DNA of 64,000 nt from positions 8,928,940 to 8,992,939 of the forward strand of contig CAVNZM010000013.1 in the NCBI GenBank assembly GCA_963693365.1. Reading direction: 5' to 3'. Of this stretch, positions 1-24,183 are shown in pieces. The DNA comes from Amoebidium appalachense (Eukaryota > Protista > Ichthyosporea). The translations under genes were made by a program, and so were the position numbers. The notes below the pieces were generated by a model. That model was given only the letters and a program-made list of their open reading frames with translations. It ran no database searches and had not been told where the DNA came from. How positions within the stretch are numbered: position 1 is the first letter of the stretch; the number at the start of each line of letters is the position of its first letter.

Positions 1-344
1 AAGAGGTAGCAAACATTATTGCCCCTGTGGCTCCAACAGCTGTATAATACCAAGGCCTTAAAATGACGGGAGGGGGATGCAAACGTGGTGGGGCCACATT
101 CACATGCATACAGACAGGTACTCGGTGCTTCCAAAAATGTTCACAGTCAGGACCTGGACTAATTAACACAGGGGATACAACTGCTGCCGTTAATTGGTAG
201 GAGCTAGTCTGAAGACAGAAGACGAAGAAAGTGTGTGTGTGTTTCTGTGCATGGGGCGTGGGGGGTCGCAAAGCAAGACCGTCCGGACGTAGGTGAAGCT
301 GGCAAGAGCAAACACAGTGGGACAATGAATAACAGCAGACTTAC

Positions 345-1183
345 TCCCACCAGAATATGAGGTGGAATGATATATGGTGCGGATGTTTTGCTGGCGGTTA
401 GCAGGTGGTGTTCCTTTAGCCTACACACACAATACTGGTCTCCATAACCAAGGTACACAGGTACGCGTGTTCACACACACACACACACACACGCGCACAC
501 ACACACGCACACACACCCACCCACCCACACCCGTTTATTTATATGCGCACGCACACCAAGACCATGCTTCCAAACCAAAGAAGGAATTTGGTACACACAT
601 GAATAGAAGTGTAAATCTGAGCCATGACCTCGGAGTATAAGCACAAACTCGATTCTCGTGGATATCAGGCATCGACATGGGCATGGGACGGTTCAGACAG
701 TTCGGATTTATTGTCGAGAAATTCCCTTCTGTTTGTGGTTACACCTCATGAACCTTGTTGATTTACAAGATGTGTGAGAGAACCACAACACTAAGGTTGT
801 AAGCACGTTACAGACGATAGAATATTTTGTTCTGACAAATCCGCCTCTCCCTCCATCCCACATGCGACCCAATGCAGTAAGCTCCTTCCTCCTCTGTAAG
901 CTGTCTTCCAAAATGTCTATCAGCACACTTATGCACACGACACTCCAAAACTCATGTGTATTTAGGCGCTCTGTTTCTCGCACATGACTTTTCCACCTCC
1001 ATCCGTCCCCTCTTTTTGCATGCGCACCAACACGCCTGCATTTACAGTATCTGCATGCACACACTCCCTCTCCCTCCCACTCCCTCCCCCTTTATAGCAC
1101 CTTCTTGCCGTCCGTGTGTGACTGTGACTACCCTCGTACGTGTTGTGTGGTGCGCACAAACCTAGCCTTGTCTCCTCTTTCTT

Positions 1184-1220
<37 letters not shown>

Positions 1221-1610
1221 CCCCCCCTCTCCCCCCCCCCCCCTCCCCCCGACACACACCCGAAAAACCACCTAGCCAAGTGCTCAGCATGTGTGCTCTG
1301 TTGCGCTCTTTACCCCACGGACAATACAACCACTTACCAGTGCGCGTTTCTAGTGTTGTATCCACTAAAATGAGTTGTAGCCGTCGCCCCGTCCCCCCCT
1401 GTATGTATCCGCTTGCACCCGACCTGGCGGTCCCTGGGTTTGGTGTGTTACCTGTGCTTGACTGTGCGTATCCGTTGTGTGCAAGTCCCCACGTCTCCTT
1501 CCAACTGGCACCCACTCCCTCGAAAACAATTCACAATCCCAACGAGGCTTGCTGCATACTCTCCACTCACTGTAATATAGTCTTCACATGGATACACAGT
1601 CAAGGGTGTC
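345..1610 (-). CDS. Possible fragment of a multi-exon minus-strand gene, product unknown
   Basis: Three minus-strand segments have canonical AG acceptors and strong donors: 1610-1571 (cttAG..GTGAGT), a 12-nt micro-exon 1349-1338 (ctAG..GTAAGT) and 420-345 (tAG..GTAAGT). Joined frames can stay open (TPLTVYPCEDYIT-KRAL...). No recognisable homology. Confidence 0.25.
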
Positions 1611-2761
1611 CTAAGTACATAAGACTTTAAAGGAAAAAATGCGTTTTACTAAATGCTAACATAAATTAAGTTTTTTCCTGGCTAAATAAAAAGTATAAAT
1701 AAAAAGAAATGAGCGTTTTAGTCGAATTTATGTCGGCGCCAATTCCAACTTCTGGCCTACTGATGTAGTTAGGTGGACTGTGTGTTTGTTTGAAATTGCA
1801 CTATTTTGAGGCAGCCCTTAGGAAGGAAACAAGCTCACACCGCAGACACAGCCGGTGCAGTGCACACAGGCGCTAGTATAGCTCTTGGGTGCTTTTTTGA
1901 AGCAAGGAGGGGAGACGCATAGCGGCGCAGCCAGACTACCACCGTTGGCTCATAAGGTATGTGGGGGGGTTGTCACTGTGAATAGTTGTTCATGTTGCTG
2001 TATTCAACTAGAAATTAAGAGGGGTTCAGCAATGTTTTTGCGCTTGCAGGCACATTTGTGCTTGGTCTTGTGTTTTGCGTGGGTTGTGAACACTGCATAG
2101 CACAGGTGGTTACTTGTGCGGGAAAGAATTCACAAGTGCACGATGCCCAAACACGCACAAAAACTTGGCACTAGTTTCTACCACATCAGTGCTTGTGCTC
2201 AGGCACCGACCCGAACGCGTGCACGCACGCGCACATACACACGATGAAGCTCAACATGCGCACACAAATACAGGCCACACCTGCGAACTCCGCTTTCACA
2301 CCCGTAGATACAGAGAATCTTTCTCCTTCCCACAAGCACGCATGTGCGCGCCGCACACACAGATACCGGGAAATACATGATACGAGCACGAAACACAAAT
2401 TCATACACACACACACACACAGTCACCCACATTTGCCTGCTTGTGTCTGCAGACTTGCATGCACTTGTTATCTCCCCTTCAGTGTCAGTGGGCACGCAGG
2501 TGCTTTAAGCGACGTGGGTGTGCTGCACACACAGTCACCACCGCTTCGTGACTTTAAGAAAATTTGCTGTCCCCTTCACTGAAGAACACATCACAAGGCT
2601 CTCTTTTGTTTGTAACCTATGACACCTGCCAAGCCCGCAAGCACACGCAGAGCAAACCAGAAAACACTGGGCACCAGCTCTCTCAGAATTCATCCTTTGC
2701 TTGTGGCTGTGTGTCTGACAGATCTCTCCCCCCCACAGAGCCACTTTCCTTGACACCGACA

Positions 2762-13362
<10,601 letters not shown>

Positions 13363-13601
13363 GCCCGACCCTCTCCTGTAGCCTGCCCCTACCTGCATGC
13401 ACCCAATACGTGGTGTGTCGACGCAGCCTTGCTGACGTTACCTTCAGCTGAATGCACGAATAGCCCAGGGAGTCACCTGTGTGCCTGGTGTCTGCAGGTG
13501 CTTACGTGGCTTCTTCCTTTTCCTTCCTTTCCCTCTTTCCATTACTTGGGTGGTTGGTTGTTGTTGTTGTTTGTCGATTAGTGGATTCGTATGGTTTGCC
13601 C

Positions 13602-13641
<40 letters not shown>

Positions 13642-13880
13642 GTTCCCGAGGAGTCTGCAATATCTGGAGCCTTAGGGAGGTTTCTGTGCATTGTTGAATG
13701 GTAAGATGTGAGCTATAGTGGGCCGTATATTTTCTGATAATACCGGCTTAAGGTTATGAAAGTTGCAATGGATGTGAGTGCCTGCCCCTGCCTCACTAAT
13801 AGTATGTTATGGGGTGTCCGATCAAACACAAAGCCATGAGGTTATTCAATGTGTAGTCAGGCCCGGGTTTTTTTTTTTTT

Positions 13881-13951
<71 letters not shown>

Positions 13952-14920
13952 GTGTAGGATGCATGGCCTATGGTAAAACATGGTCAGTCATAAACAGTCC
14001 AGGGGGCTCCGGAGGACACGTGTCACTGAACGCGTGCAGTGTGCACTCCAGCAGGCTGGCAGGCACCAGATGTTGGAACGTCGCCATCGGTCTATCCTCG
14101 GTGGGAGGAAGTCCGGTTGGCCGCCGGCACCGTGTGATCAAATGGATGTGATCAAAAATTCAAAATAAACAGCACTTTTTCGCACCTGAATCTGCACACA
14201 AATACTCGCTCGTTCCGGGTTCGACTCTGACTCACTGCCGAACCTACTAGACCCACTGCAAAGCGCATGCATAATCACACACATCAGAAAGTGTGCGTCC
14301 ATTGCATGCCGTTGTTTGTTAGTGATCCGGGGAGGATTCGGGGCCTTGCGCAGTTTGATCTAGCACTGGGCGGCTATACCGTACCCAGATACCCAAGCCT
14401 AAACCCAGATACCCAGATTAGTATTGACGGTCGATTGGATAGCGCGTGGTCGGATATGCCATAGATGACCATCGAACCTGAATCTTATAAGAAAAGCGCC
14501 TCTTTGATAGCACATCTTTTCCAAATAAGGCAGGTAAATTGGGTTTCACGGTTCAAAATCTGGGTTTGGGATAGGAGTATAGAAGGGGGGGGGGGGGGGG
14601 GGGTCTTCCAGATTCCTAAACCCAAACCCAAATCTTCAGCGGCAACAAGATGAAGCAAGAAAAACACCAAGAACTAAGATGTTAGGCATATTTCTGGTAT
14701 AATTTGGGCCTAAAAATATTATCTTATTACGCAACATTAAAATTTGTATGTTTTCTGATGCTTTATTATAATATACATTCTTTGTTTCTTCATAATACAT
14801 AGGCGTGGTGCGAAGCGGCGGTCATGCCGCATGCGTGACATCTGGGTTTAAAATCTGGTTCGGAACTGTTTAAAGATCTCGGAACTGTTTAAAGATAGGA
14901 CCCCCGCTCAGAAACCTAAT

Positions 14921-16460
14921 GTGTGGCCTGTAGACCCATCTATCCCCATAGAATCGATCCACCCCTTTTTCAGTCCCGATACCATATGGTCTGTGATATC
15001 TAGTTATAGCTCTAGTAAGTCTTGTGGACCTGATGGACTTCCTGCCGGGTTGTTTATGAAATCCTTGTTCCCTCCTACCCACAAAAGGAAAGTGATCGTG
15101 CTATTAAGCCTGATCTTACTATTATGTCAAGCTCTCTCTTTTCTTGGTGTGTTAAATGTGGACATGTCCCGTCATCTTGGTTACCTTAGTGATCCCCATA
15201 GTTAAGAAGGACTCTGGGGGCCCCACATCATCTTTTCGCCCCATCACACTAACCCAGGTTGTTCGTATATTCTTTGAAGTTTGCTTACTTAGGCTATTTG
15301 CATATCACCCTAGGTTTCAATCTATTCTTCACATACACCCATGCCAATCCGCTTTTCGTAAAAACAATTCATGTTATGTTCAAATAATGGCACTGCACGA
15401 TTCTATGCAAGTTGGTGCACGATATGTTGGTTTTATTGATTGGAAAATTGCTTATGATTCTGTCTCCCCTGGTCTCCTATGGGAAAAGCTTGCTGCACGG
15501 GGTGTACCACACTGCATTGGTGTTTTGTTAGAAGCACCGTCTTGTCTCAAACATACGGTTACCGTAGAGTTACGCTGTGGTTAATGGGCACTTTTCATAT
15601 GGTTTGGCTCGTACTAGAGGTCTCTTGCAGGGTTCATTGCTTATTAACCCCTTTTTGTTTAAACTATTGATAGATGATTTGGCTGTCAAGATATAATATA
15701 TGCCGAAAATGATGACCCTATTAATAACTTTCCGCCTGCACTTCTCTATGCTGATGATCTGTCCGAGTCCCTCCTTGCCCGTACCCCTAGACGCCTGCAA
15801 AGATTGCTCGATGTAGTGTCAGAGTGGTGCAAGGGTTTAACCTTATGATCCTTAACATAGACAAATGTGGTGTTCTTGTACCTGATATAGCTAACAATTT
15901 CCACACATTCACATTATCATCTAAACCTGTACCTATAGTTCCAGAATACAAGTATCTTGGTGTTCCGGTTAATTCCGTTTGTGTTATGTTTTCCCATATG
16001 GTTGAAAAGAGGGTAGAGCTGGCTCGTAAGCGGTTAGCTTTCTTCCCGGCTAATATTTTTAAAGACACACCCCTCCATCCTTCTATTAGACTTACATTTA
16101 TTCGCACTTTTGTCTTCCCGGCATGTGAATATGGTTTATTAATTACCCCTTCTCGCCGCTTTGATCAAGAAAGAGAGAACTAGAGTGCTGGATGCAGAAG
16201 TTGCCTCCTTTCTATCTAAATACTGTTTTAAACCTGGGCCTGTAACGCTCTCGATATATGGTCTGGTCCCAATAGCTGCTAGAGTATCCCTTCTCGCGCT
16301 GAAATTCAATATGCACATAAGCCGCTTAAAGAAGTATTTGCCCAGGCCTCCCACCCTCTCTTCTCTATCCGACCTGTCCCCTCCTCACCTCTCCCCTCTT
16401 TCCTTCCCTCTCTCTCTCCTTTTCCCCCGGGTGTGCACTGTCATGCACAAATACAAATAA
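14921..16460 (+). pseudogene. Decayed non-LTR (LINE-type) reverse transcriptase with frameshifts and stops
   Basis: RT motifs occur in order across several frames: SKSCGPDGLP, LVIPIVKK..SSFRPITL, QSAFRK, FIDWKIAYDSV, RGLLQGS..PFLF, LLYADDL, NIDKC, YKYLGV. Confidence 0.9.
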
Positions 16461-17084
16461 ACCCCGCAAAAGTGTGCGTGTGACTTTGGACTCCAACTTA
16501 CTAATTAGACATGTACACAATCACAAGATAATTACGCAATATAACAAATGGAAAAAGATACCACACGACACCAGACCCGATGAAAGCATACACCTTGAAA
16601 ACTAAAAATGTAAACCTTATGTCTCGTTTTATATATATCATGACCGCCTTAATAACAATATTATTGCCAAATATGGCACTCGCAAATGTGTAACACCTAA
16701 ATACATAGTACCTTCCTGTAGAATTGGTCTTTCTCTAGCTGATGGTATTATTGATCACATACGTATACCACGCTTTTACTGTACACGTGCTATACAGTGG
16801 AGATCTAATAAGTATAAGGTGGCATCGTTTGCATGCCCAAACAACACACACACACACTGACACACCAGTTTAAACAGTCATGTATCGTCAAATGTAGTTT
16901 GATAGACCACATAATACCGCAACACACACACGTCACATTCACAACAGACACCCAGAAAGATAGCCTACCTAAAAATCACTACATCCTTGATTTTATACTA
17001 AACACGCGAAACTACGACCTGTTTATTAGATGTATAGATCAATGATTGGCTTGAGAAACACATCATTACAAAATTCTAGCACAC

Positions 17085-17099
17085 GACAACACACACACA

Positions 17100-17160
<61 letters not shown>

Positions 17161-17411
17161 CCAGCTGATACCGAGTGTCCCAGGGGAGCCCGGGAAAAAC
17201 AAAAAGAAAAAAAAAAACAAAAAAAAAAAACGGGGAACCCCTACTAATTGATTTTTCTTAGTCTTTATGGCGTCTCGTAGAGAAAGTAAACCCTGATATG
17301 TAATCATCACCCGACAGCTATGTACGTGATCATGATATACCGCTAAGGGGATATTCCGAGCAAAAACCCCCCATACCTGAGACTGGTCTCTCTTTGCCTC
17401 GAGTAAACAGC
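17085..17411. repeat. Dispersed repeat: (CA)n followed by CCAG.TGATA.CGAGTGTCC.GGGG...TGCCTCGAGTAAACA
   Basis: A colinear diverged copy lies at about 27600-27863. The CCATACCTGAGACTGGT..TCTTTGCCTCGAGTAAACAGC part recurs at 17911-17951, and GAGTAAACAGCGTAAACCCC recurs at about 39997-40016. Confidence 0.7.
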
Positions 17412-18021
17412 ATAGGTAAACCCACCGTTTGGGTTTGGGTATTTGGGTACGGTATAGTCGCCCACTGCACCATCTCTCGTCATGCTAGAGTCTCAGACGA
17501 GGCGTCGGACGTGCTGTGCACGTGGAGCCGAGTGCCGGTGGAGTCACACGGCACTGGACGGTCACGCGCTTACTTGGCGACGTATGCATACAAAGCATAT
17601 TTCAACTTTTTTCAGTTTTATAAAATCATTCCTTCTTTTCTATGTTATTAGTATTTTTAATAATATACTGTAGTCGTGCATGCTCCTCAGTGAGTCACTT
17701 GGAAATTTCAACTGAGCAGACAGACTCTCTTGCGGACGATAATACCATGGCAGGTCCCACACAAAAGTTTTATGTACATCTATGCTATACATGTTACCGT
17801 AGGAATAAAAGACTATGCCAGTATGAAAGTATGAGTTATGCATAGATCACGATGTTTGAAGCCTAATCCAGTAAGTGTACCATGATGTGTAGTGTACTTC
17901 GAATGTTTGTGCCATACCTGAGACTGGTTCTCTTTGCCTCGAGTAAACAGCGTAAACCCCCTTGTGCTATGCCATTCCACAATCCACAATATTAAAAATT
18001 CCACATAGGACGTGTCATGTA

Positions 18022-18262
18022 CAGGCTGTGAAATTACAAAAGTTGTTGGGGGTTTAGGGCCAGAAAATTGCCCCTGAAAGTCCGAAAATTGTCCCTAACT
18101 TTTCGAGGTTAGGTCCATCAATTTCTGAAAAATTGGCACTAACAAGGCCAAATATATTAGAAAAGTGGCACCTAAAAACGGTTGTTGGCTCTATTAGGGC
18201 CATCCAGGCTGGTGGAAAGCTGCCAAAATCATGCACTAGCCAAAAACAAAATTCACACCCTG
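18022..18262. mobile_element. hAT-type MITE, 241 bp
   Basis: TIRs are CAGGCTGTGAAATT / AATTCACACCCTG. The 8-bp TSD is GTCATGTA (18014-18021) versus GTCATATA (18263-18270). CAG termini with an 8-bp TSD are typical of hAT elements. Confidence 0.88.
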
Positions 18263-18269
18263 GTCATAT

Positions 18270-18340
18270 AGTATCGGTCGACACTCGACAGACCGTAGGG
18301 CGTAGGCTACAGTACGGTCTGTCGAGTGTCGACCGATACT
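18270..18340. repeat. Perfect inverted repeat, 28-bp arms with a 15-nt loop
   Basis: AGTATCGGTCGACACTCGACAGACCGTA (18270-18297) and its exact reverse complement (18313-18340). Confidence 0.95.
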
Positions 18341-18555
18341 TTGTAAGCAAAAAATGTGCGATATTCAATCATTCCCAATCTCCTTCAGGGGAGATTGGGC
18401 TTATTCCGGGGAATAGGGGTTTGGGGGAAGGGGAGAGCGGGTCTCACGTGAGATGCCAAGAGTGAGAAAAAAAAAGAATGTACAGCCAATCGGGTGCCAG
18501 TATCCATAGCAATCGGAGAACGCGGCGACTCAGTTTAGGTCTGATTGGCTGGAAC

Positions 18556-18617
18556 ATGTTTCAGCGAATCAAAGCGCTCGCTTCTTATGTTTCAGCGAAT
18601 CAAAGCGCTCGCTTCTT
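18556..18617. repeat. 31-bp direct tandem duplication
   Basis: ATGTTTCAGCGAATCAAAGCGCTCGCTTCTT occurs twice in tandem. Confidence 0.95.
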
Positions 18618-18637
18618 ACCGGAACATTCTGCAACAT

Positions 18638-19503
<866 letters not shown>

Positions 19504-19848
19504 GCCCGGACACACACATGCAACTTCCCTCTCCCTACCCGATACCTCTTCTACCTCCTCCCCCAACCCGCCTCTCCTTCACCTCCCCCACACACGCACA
19601 CACACACGCGCGCGTGCGCGCGCTACGCTTCCCCACTGCCTCGTATGGAGATTGGGCCACAGATCGAGGCTCCGCCGAGATCAGTTCTTATAGGATCATA
19701 GGAGGACTCCATTGGTAAACATGATACGTGGATAGATAGACCAATCAAATGCGGCCACCGCACATCAGTGTGGCTCAGTCATCTGTAAATTGACGTCAGT
19801 GATTGGTTGCCCTGAAATTCAAACGACGCCACTCAACTGTGTATACAG

Positions 19849-20105
19849 CAGGGTGTGAAATTCGTTTTGGCTACAGCCTAAAGTTGAGCAGCTCAGTTCC
19901 CCTGCCTGGATACCTTTAATAGAGCAATCAAAACCTTTCAGGAGTATTTTTTCTACACTTTTTGCTGGACTGGAGCCATTTGTTATAAAAATGGTGGACC
20001 TAGCGTCAAAATGCAACCTATTATGTAGGGACAATATTCGATATTTCGGGGGCAATTCTGTGGCAAATTGGGCAATAATTTTGCCCATTATAATTTCACA
20101 GCCTG
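19849..20105. mobile_element. hAT-type MITE, related subfamily in the opposite orientation
   Basis: TIRs CAGGGTGTGAAATT / AATTTCACAGCCTG match those of 18022-18262. The flanks GTATACAG and GTACGCAA match only partly. Confidence 0.8.
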
Positions 20106-20381
20106 GTACGCAAGCTCTATTGTAGGCTACTATTAGTGACGAAGGTTGTACAGTACTTGTAATTAGTTGTGTGCACGAGCTCTGAAATACCGTTGGCAAA
20201 CACAGTAAGCATTTCAGCTGTCCAATATAATTCTGCCGTGTTATTCTCTGATGTATAAATCACAAATAAAGCTGTTTAGAGCAACTTGGGTAAAGCATTT
20301 CCTATGGTTCGTACCGTAACCACCGTGAATGTGCGCACAAGAATTGTCACCGCCCGGCGACGGACCACGCGGGGTCGGGGG

Positions 20382-20616
20382 CAGGCTGTGAAATTACAAT
20401 GTAGGGGTTTAGGGCCAGAAAAATGCAATTGCCCCTGAAAGTTCGAAAATTGTCCCTAACTTTCTGAGGTTAGGTCCATCAACTTTCCAAATATTAGCCC
20501 TAACAGAGCCAAATATACAAGAAAATCACACTTAAAAACGGCTGTTGGCTCTGTAGGGCCATCCAGGCTACTGGAAAGTTACCAAAACCGGCACCAGCCA
20601 AAAATAAATTTCACAC
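20382..20616. mobile_element. hAT-type MITE, second copy of the 18022 family with a damaged right TIR
   Basis: Colinear with 18022-18262 (CAGGCTGTGAAATTACAA...GCCCCTGAAAGT.CGAAAATTGTCCCTAAC...GGGCCATCCAGGCT...AAATTTCACAC). Confidence 0.85.
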
Positions 20617-20740
20617 GGAGAACTCCGAGCACGGAAGTTCCGAACATCCATGCGCCGGGCCGACGCTATAAGTATGGCTGTGTGCGGTCAGCTGGACCTG
20701 CAGGCTTATAGTGCGGGTAGGAGCGAGCTGGGACGTAGCC

Positions 20741-22343
20741 ATGGGGACTGTCGCCCGTTTGGCCGCTGTGGCCCTGTGTTTTGTGTCGGCAGTGGCTGCT
20801 ATCGTCTGCCCCAACGAATACAATGCCGGGACAAGTATGTGCACCTCGTTCTTTGTTAGTTTGCTAATAGGTCACAAAAAGCCACCACAATAGTGCTCCA
20901 CCGCGTGACTTGCAAAACGAAGTAAGAGCAAAGGAGACGGGTCGGGTGGTGCATTTTATATTAATGGGAGAGTTTGATTTGGAGGAGGATAGTGCCGTGC
21001 CTAGACTCAAAAATACCGTGTTCTAGAGCTCAATATCAATTCTTTTTTGTTGCACAACAAATGCAACTACTTTTGACAAAGCACATTTATGTGGTAGTGC
21101 AATGGCACAAGTAGCTACGAGGGACACAGTTAGTGTGCCTCATGATAGGTTGGAGTACGTCGTAACCAACCACAGACAGATAAACACGTCCTGCTAATGT
21201 GTAGCTGCCGTGTGCCAAGCATGGCAATCATTATGTAGTTGGTGTTGTACACATTTACATCCATCCTATGGGCACACTAAGCCCGGGCGCAAAGTAGCAT
21301 GGAAATTAAATGCGGGATTTTGGCAACGAGAAGTCAGTTCATAGTAATCCGCAGAAGGTTTTAAAGGTGTTTCCAAATACAGATTAAAATGCATACCTGA
21401 GCACAAGTACTCGAAGCGCAATCCCTCCCCAACCACGCCTTGTTCACTATCCAAATATTCCACCAATCATTGCCCACGAACACAACTAATACTATAATCC
21501 ACCTGCGCAGCGCAATGCATCGAGTCCAACGGCAGGTGCTTCCTGGGGTACCGCTGGACGGGCAGCACGTGCATACTGACCTACTGCCGGACCGGCCAGG
21601 TGTGGCTTAATAGCCAGGCCGCATGCGGCATCCCCGTGTGCCCTGCGGGCTACGTGTACACCAGCACGGCCAAGCAGTGCACCGTCTCCACCACGTGCAC
21701 GGGCGGCCAGATCTTCAGCACCAGCCTCAACTCGTGCGTGTGCCCCATCAACACTTACTGGAACACCGCCACAAGCACGTGCGTTGCCGGCAACTGCCCT
21801 GTGGGCTACACCCGGGATGCTGCCGGGCGCTGCATCGACCGCAATGAGTGCACCCAGGCCGGCGTCTGTGGCTGCTGTGGCACATGTGTCAACACGGCCG
21901 GCTCCTTCCAGTGCCGCTGCAACGGCGCCACCACGGCCCAGGTCACGGGCTGCTCGTGCCCGGCCCGCATCCGCAAGGAGTGGCGGTCGCTGACGCTGAC
22001 TGAGAAGAACACCTTCAAGGATGCCATTAAGCGGCTGATCTCCACGGGCACCTACCGCGCTGTGGTGCCCTACCACGAGCACTGGGCCGTGCCCGTGTAC
22101 GGCCACTTGAGCAACGGGTTCCTCCCGTGGCACCGCTGGTTTGTGTATCTGTTCGAGAACCAGCTGCGCAGCCTGGGCGGCAGCTTTGGCTGCATTGCCG
22201 TGCCCTATTGGGACTGGACGGCTGACCTTAAGTCAGACCCAAATGCCGTGCCCTGGATCTCAGTCGTCCAGGAAATGGGCGGCACCGGTAGGTTTATTCT
22301 CTTTCTTTTTTCTTTTTTTTCCCAAAGAAGGTTGATGAGGTGT

Positions 22344-22391
<48 letters not shown>

Positions 22392-23194
22392 CTTGCGGGG
22401 CTTGCGCACTTCCGCATCGACCTGCAACGACATGGCGATTGCCTTCACACCCGGTATTTTGCTTTGGTTTATTTTATATCATTAATATATATTCATTTCT
22501 ATTTGCACCTTTCACTTGGTGGGAATGCCTAAGTCGTGTTCTCTTGTTGTCCTGTTCGTTGATATGTCCCCCCTCCCCCCCCCCCCCCTCCCCCCCCCCC
22601 AAAAAAAAAAGGGGTGGGGGGGGGGGGGGGAGAGAGAGAGAGAGAGAGAGAGAGAAAGAAGAAAAGAAAAGAAAAGAAGGAAGGAAGGAAGGAACACCGA
22701 CAGGGAGAGAAACAAAGAAAAGCAGGGAGGGAGTGGATAGTATGAGGAAGCAAAGCAAGGGCAATGCACAACCACGTCTTTCTTGTTGGCCCTGTGGGCC
22801 ATGCAACCAAGTGCACCCACTATGCCTGCATGTCCCTCTGACCCACCCATCCCCCCAGGGTCCGGATGCATCCTGGACTCCATGTTCGGCTACTACCGCT
22901 ACCCCCCCAACAACTGTGTCAGCCGGCCCTTTGGCATGGGCTGGCGGCCACCCGCACCGACTGAGGTCAGCAGCGGGCTGCTCAACACATACGACTTCAC
23001 CTCCATGACCAAGCTGGTCAAGGGCTGGCACGGCCTGATCCACGACTATGTGGGGGCCTACGGGGGCACGATGATGGACACGGTCTACTCGCCCAACGAC
23101 CCCATCTTCTGGCTGCACCACTCCAATGTCGACAGGCAGTGGTACCAGTGGCAGGTGCGTCCCTCTCGTGCATGCACTAGGCCTCCTCCAGACT

Positions 23195-23226
<32 letters not shown>

Positions 23227-23704
23227 ACCTCCCTCCCCCCGTCCCTTCGTTTTGGGTTATGTCTACCAGATTTGGATTCGCATTTGGTGTCCCGGTTTAC
23301 CTTCTTGAGGTTGCAATTACCTGATGTTTATGAAGTTCCTGAGTGTGTCAGTATCACTCTAAACCCCCCCCCCCCCCTTCAGAAATGCATGGGCTACCAA
23401 GGTGTTGCCCCCAGCTCCATCCCCAGCAGCTGGTATGCCCCCGACTTCTCGCAGCCTGTGGACCAGGGCTTTGACACCCCCATGCCGGCCTTCCCCACCA
23501 GCGTGACCCCCCGCAGCGTTAACAGCATCCGTGCCCTCGGCTATGCATATGCAAGGTCCAGCTTCACAGGTAGGCCATGCCCACAAATGGAGGAGGGGGA
23601 GGAGGAGGGGACCTAATATAATTGCCAAGTAGCACGTGATTGGCAACCCAAGAGTGTGTTTTTCTCCTTCAAAAAGCACTATCTTTCCCTCTCCAATTCT
23701 CCGG

Positions 23705-23738
<34 letters not shown>

Positions 23739-24119
23739 CCTCCCTGTTGATCTTAACCTCTCAACAATCCTGTCCAACCATTCCCCACCCACCCGCTTGT
23801 GAGGCCGATATCGTATTGTCAATCTCCCTGCCCCCCCCCCCTAACACACACACACACAGACAGACAGACACATGGGTTCTGCTTATGGTGCATAGTAATG
23901 CTGTTTATGTGTGCTTTGCAATCTGCATTGTGTTGTCCGTCATGAGTGACCACTTCGTGCTCCAAAACACATTCTGACCCTTTCTCCCCCCCCCACTTCC
24001 CCCCCCCCCCCCCCCGAGGATGGGCTCTGCTTATTATGCATACTCTTTATGTATGGCTTGCATTCTGCATCGTGTTATCCGTTTGTTCTTGTGTACTTCG
24101 TACTTTTTGACGCATTCAA

Positions 24120-24183
<64 letters not shown>

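Larger units (their letters stand above)
14364..17467. mobile_element. TIR-bounded element of about 3.1 kb (non-autonomous DNA-transposon-like) enclosing a decayed LINE
   Basis: 14364-14404 (CACTGGGCGGCTATACCGTACCCAGATACCCAAGCCTAAAC) is the reverse complement of 17427-17467 at 36/41 positions. No clear target-site duplication. Confidence 0.7.

Noticed and set aside
13868-13948. Exact lengths of poly-T/poly-G junction runs as a biological signal (also 11736-11801, 26718-26824, 55271-55338)
   Set aside because: Long homopolymer lengths are unreliable in assemblies and may mask mixed G-rich sequence; they cannot be interpreted without reads.
14205-14240. GGGTTCGACTC resembling a tRNA T-loop/B-box
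   Set aside because: I could not find an A-box or build a cloverleaf or acceptor stem around it.
21492-22133. 213-aa antisense ORF over tyrosinase exon 2
   Set aside because: It is a shadow ORF caused by GC3-rich codon usage on the coding strand.
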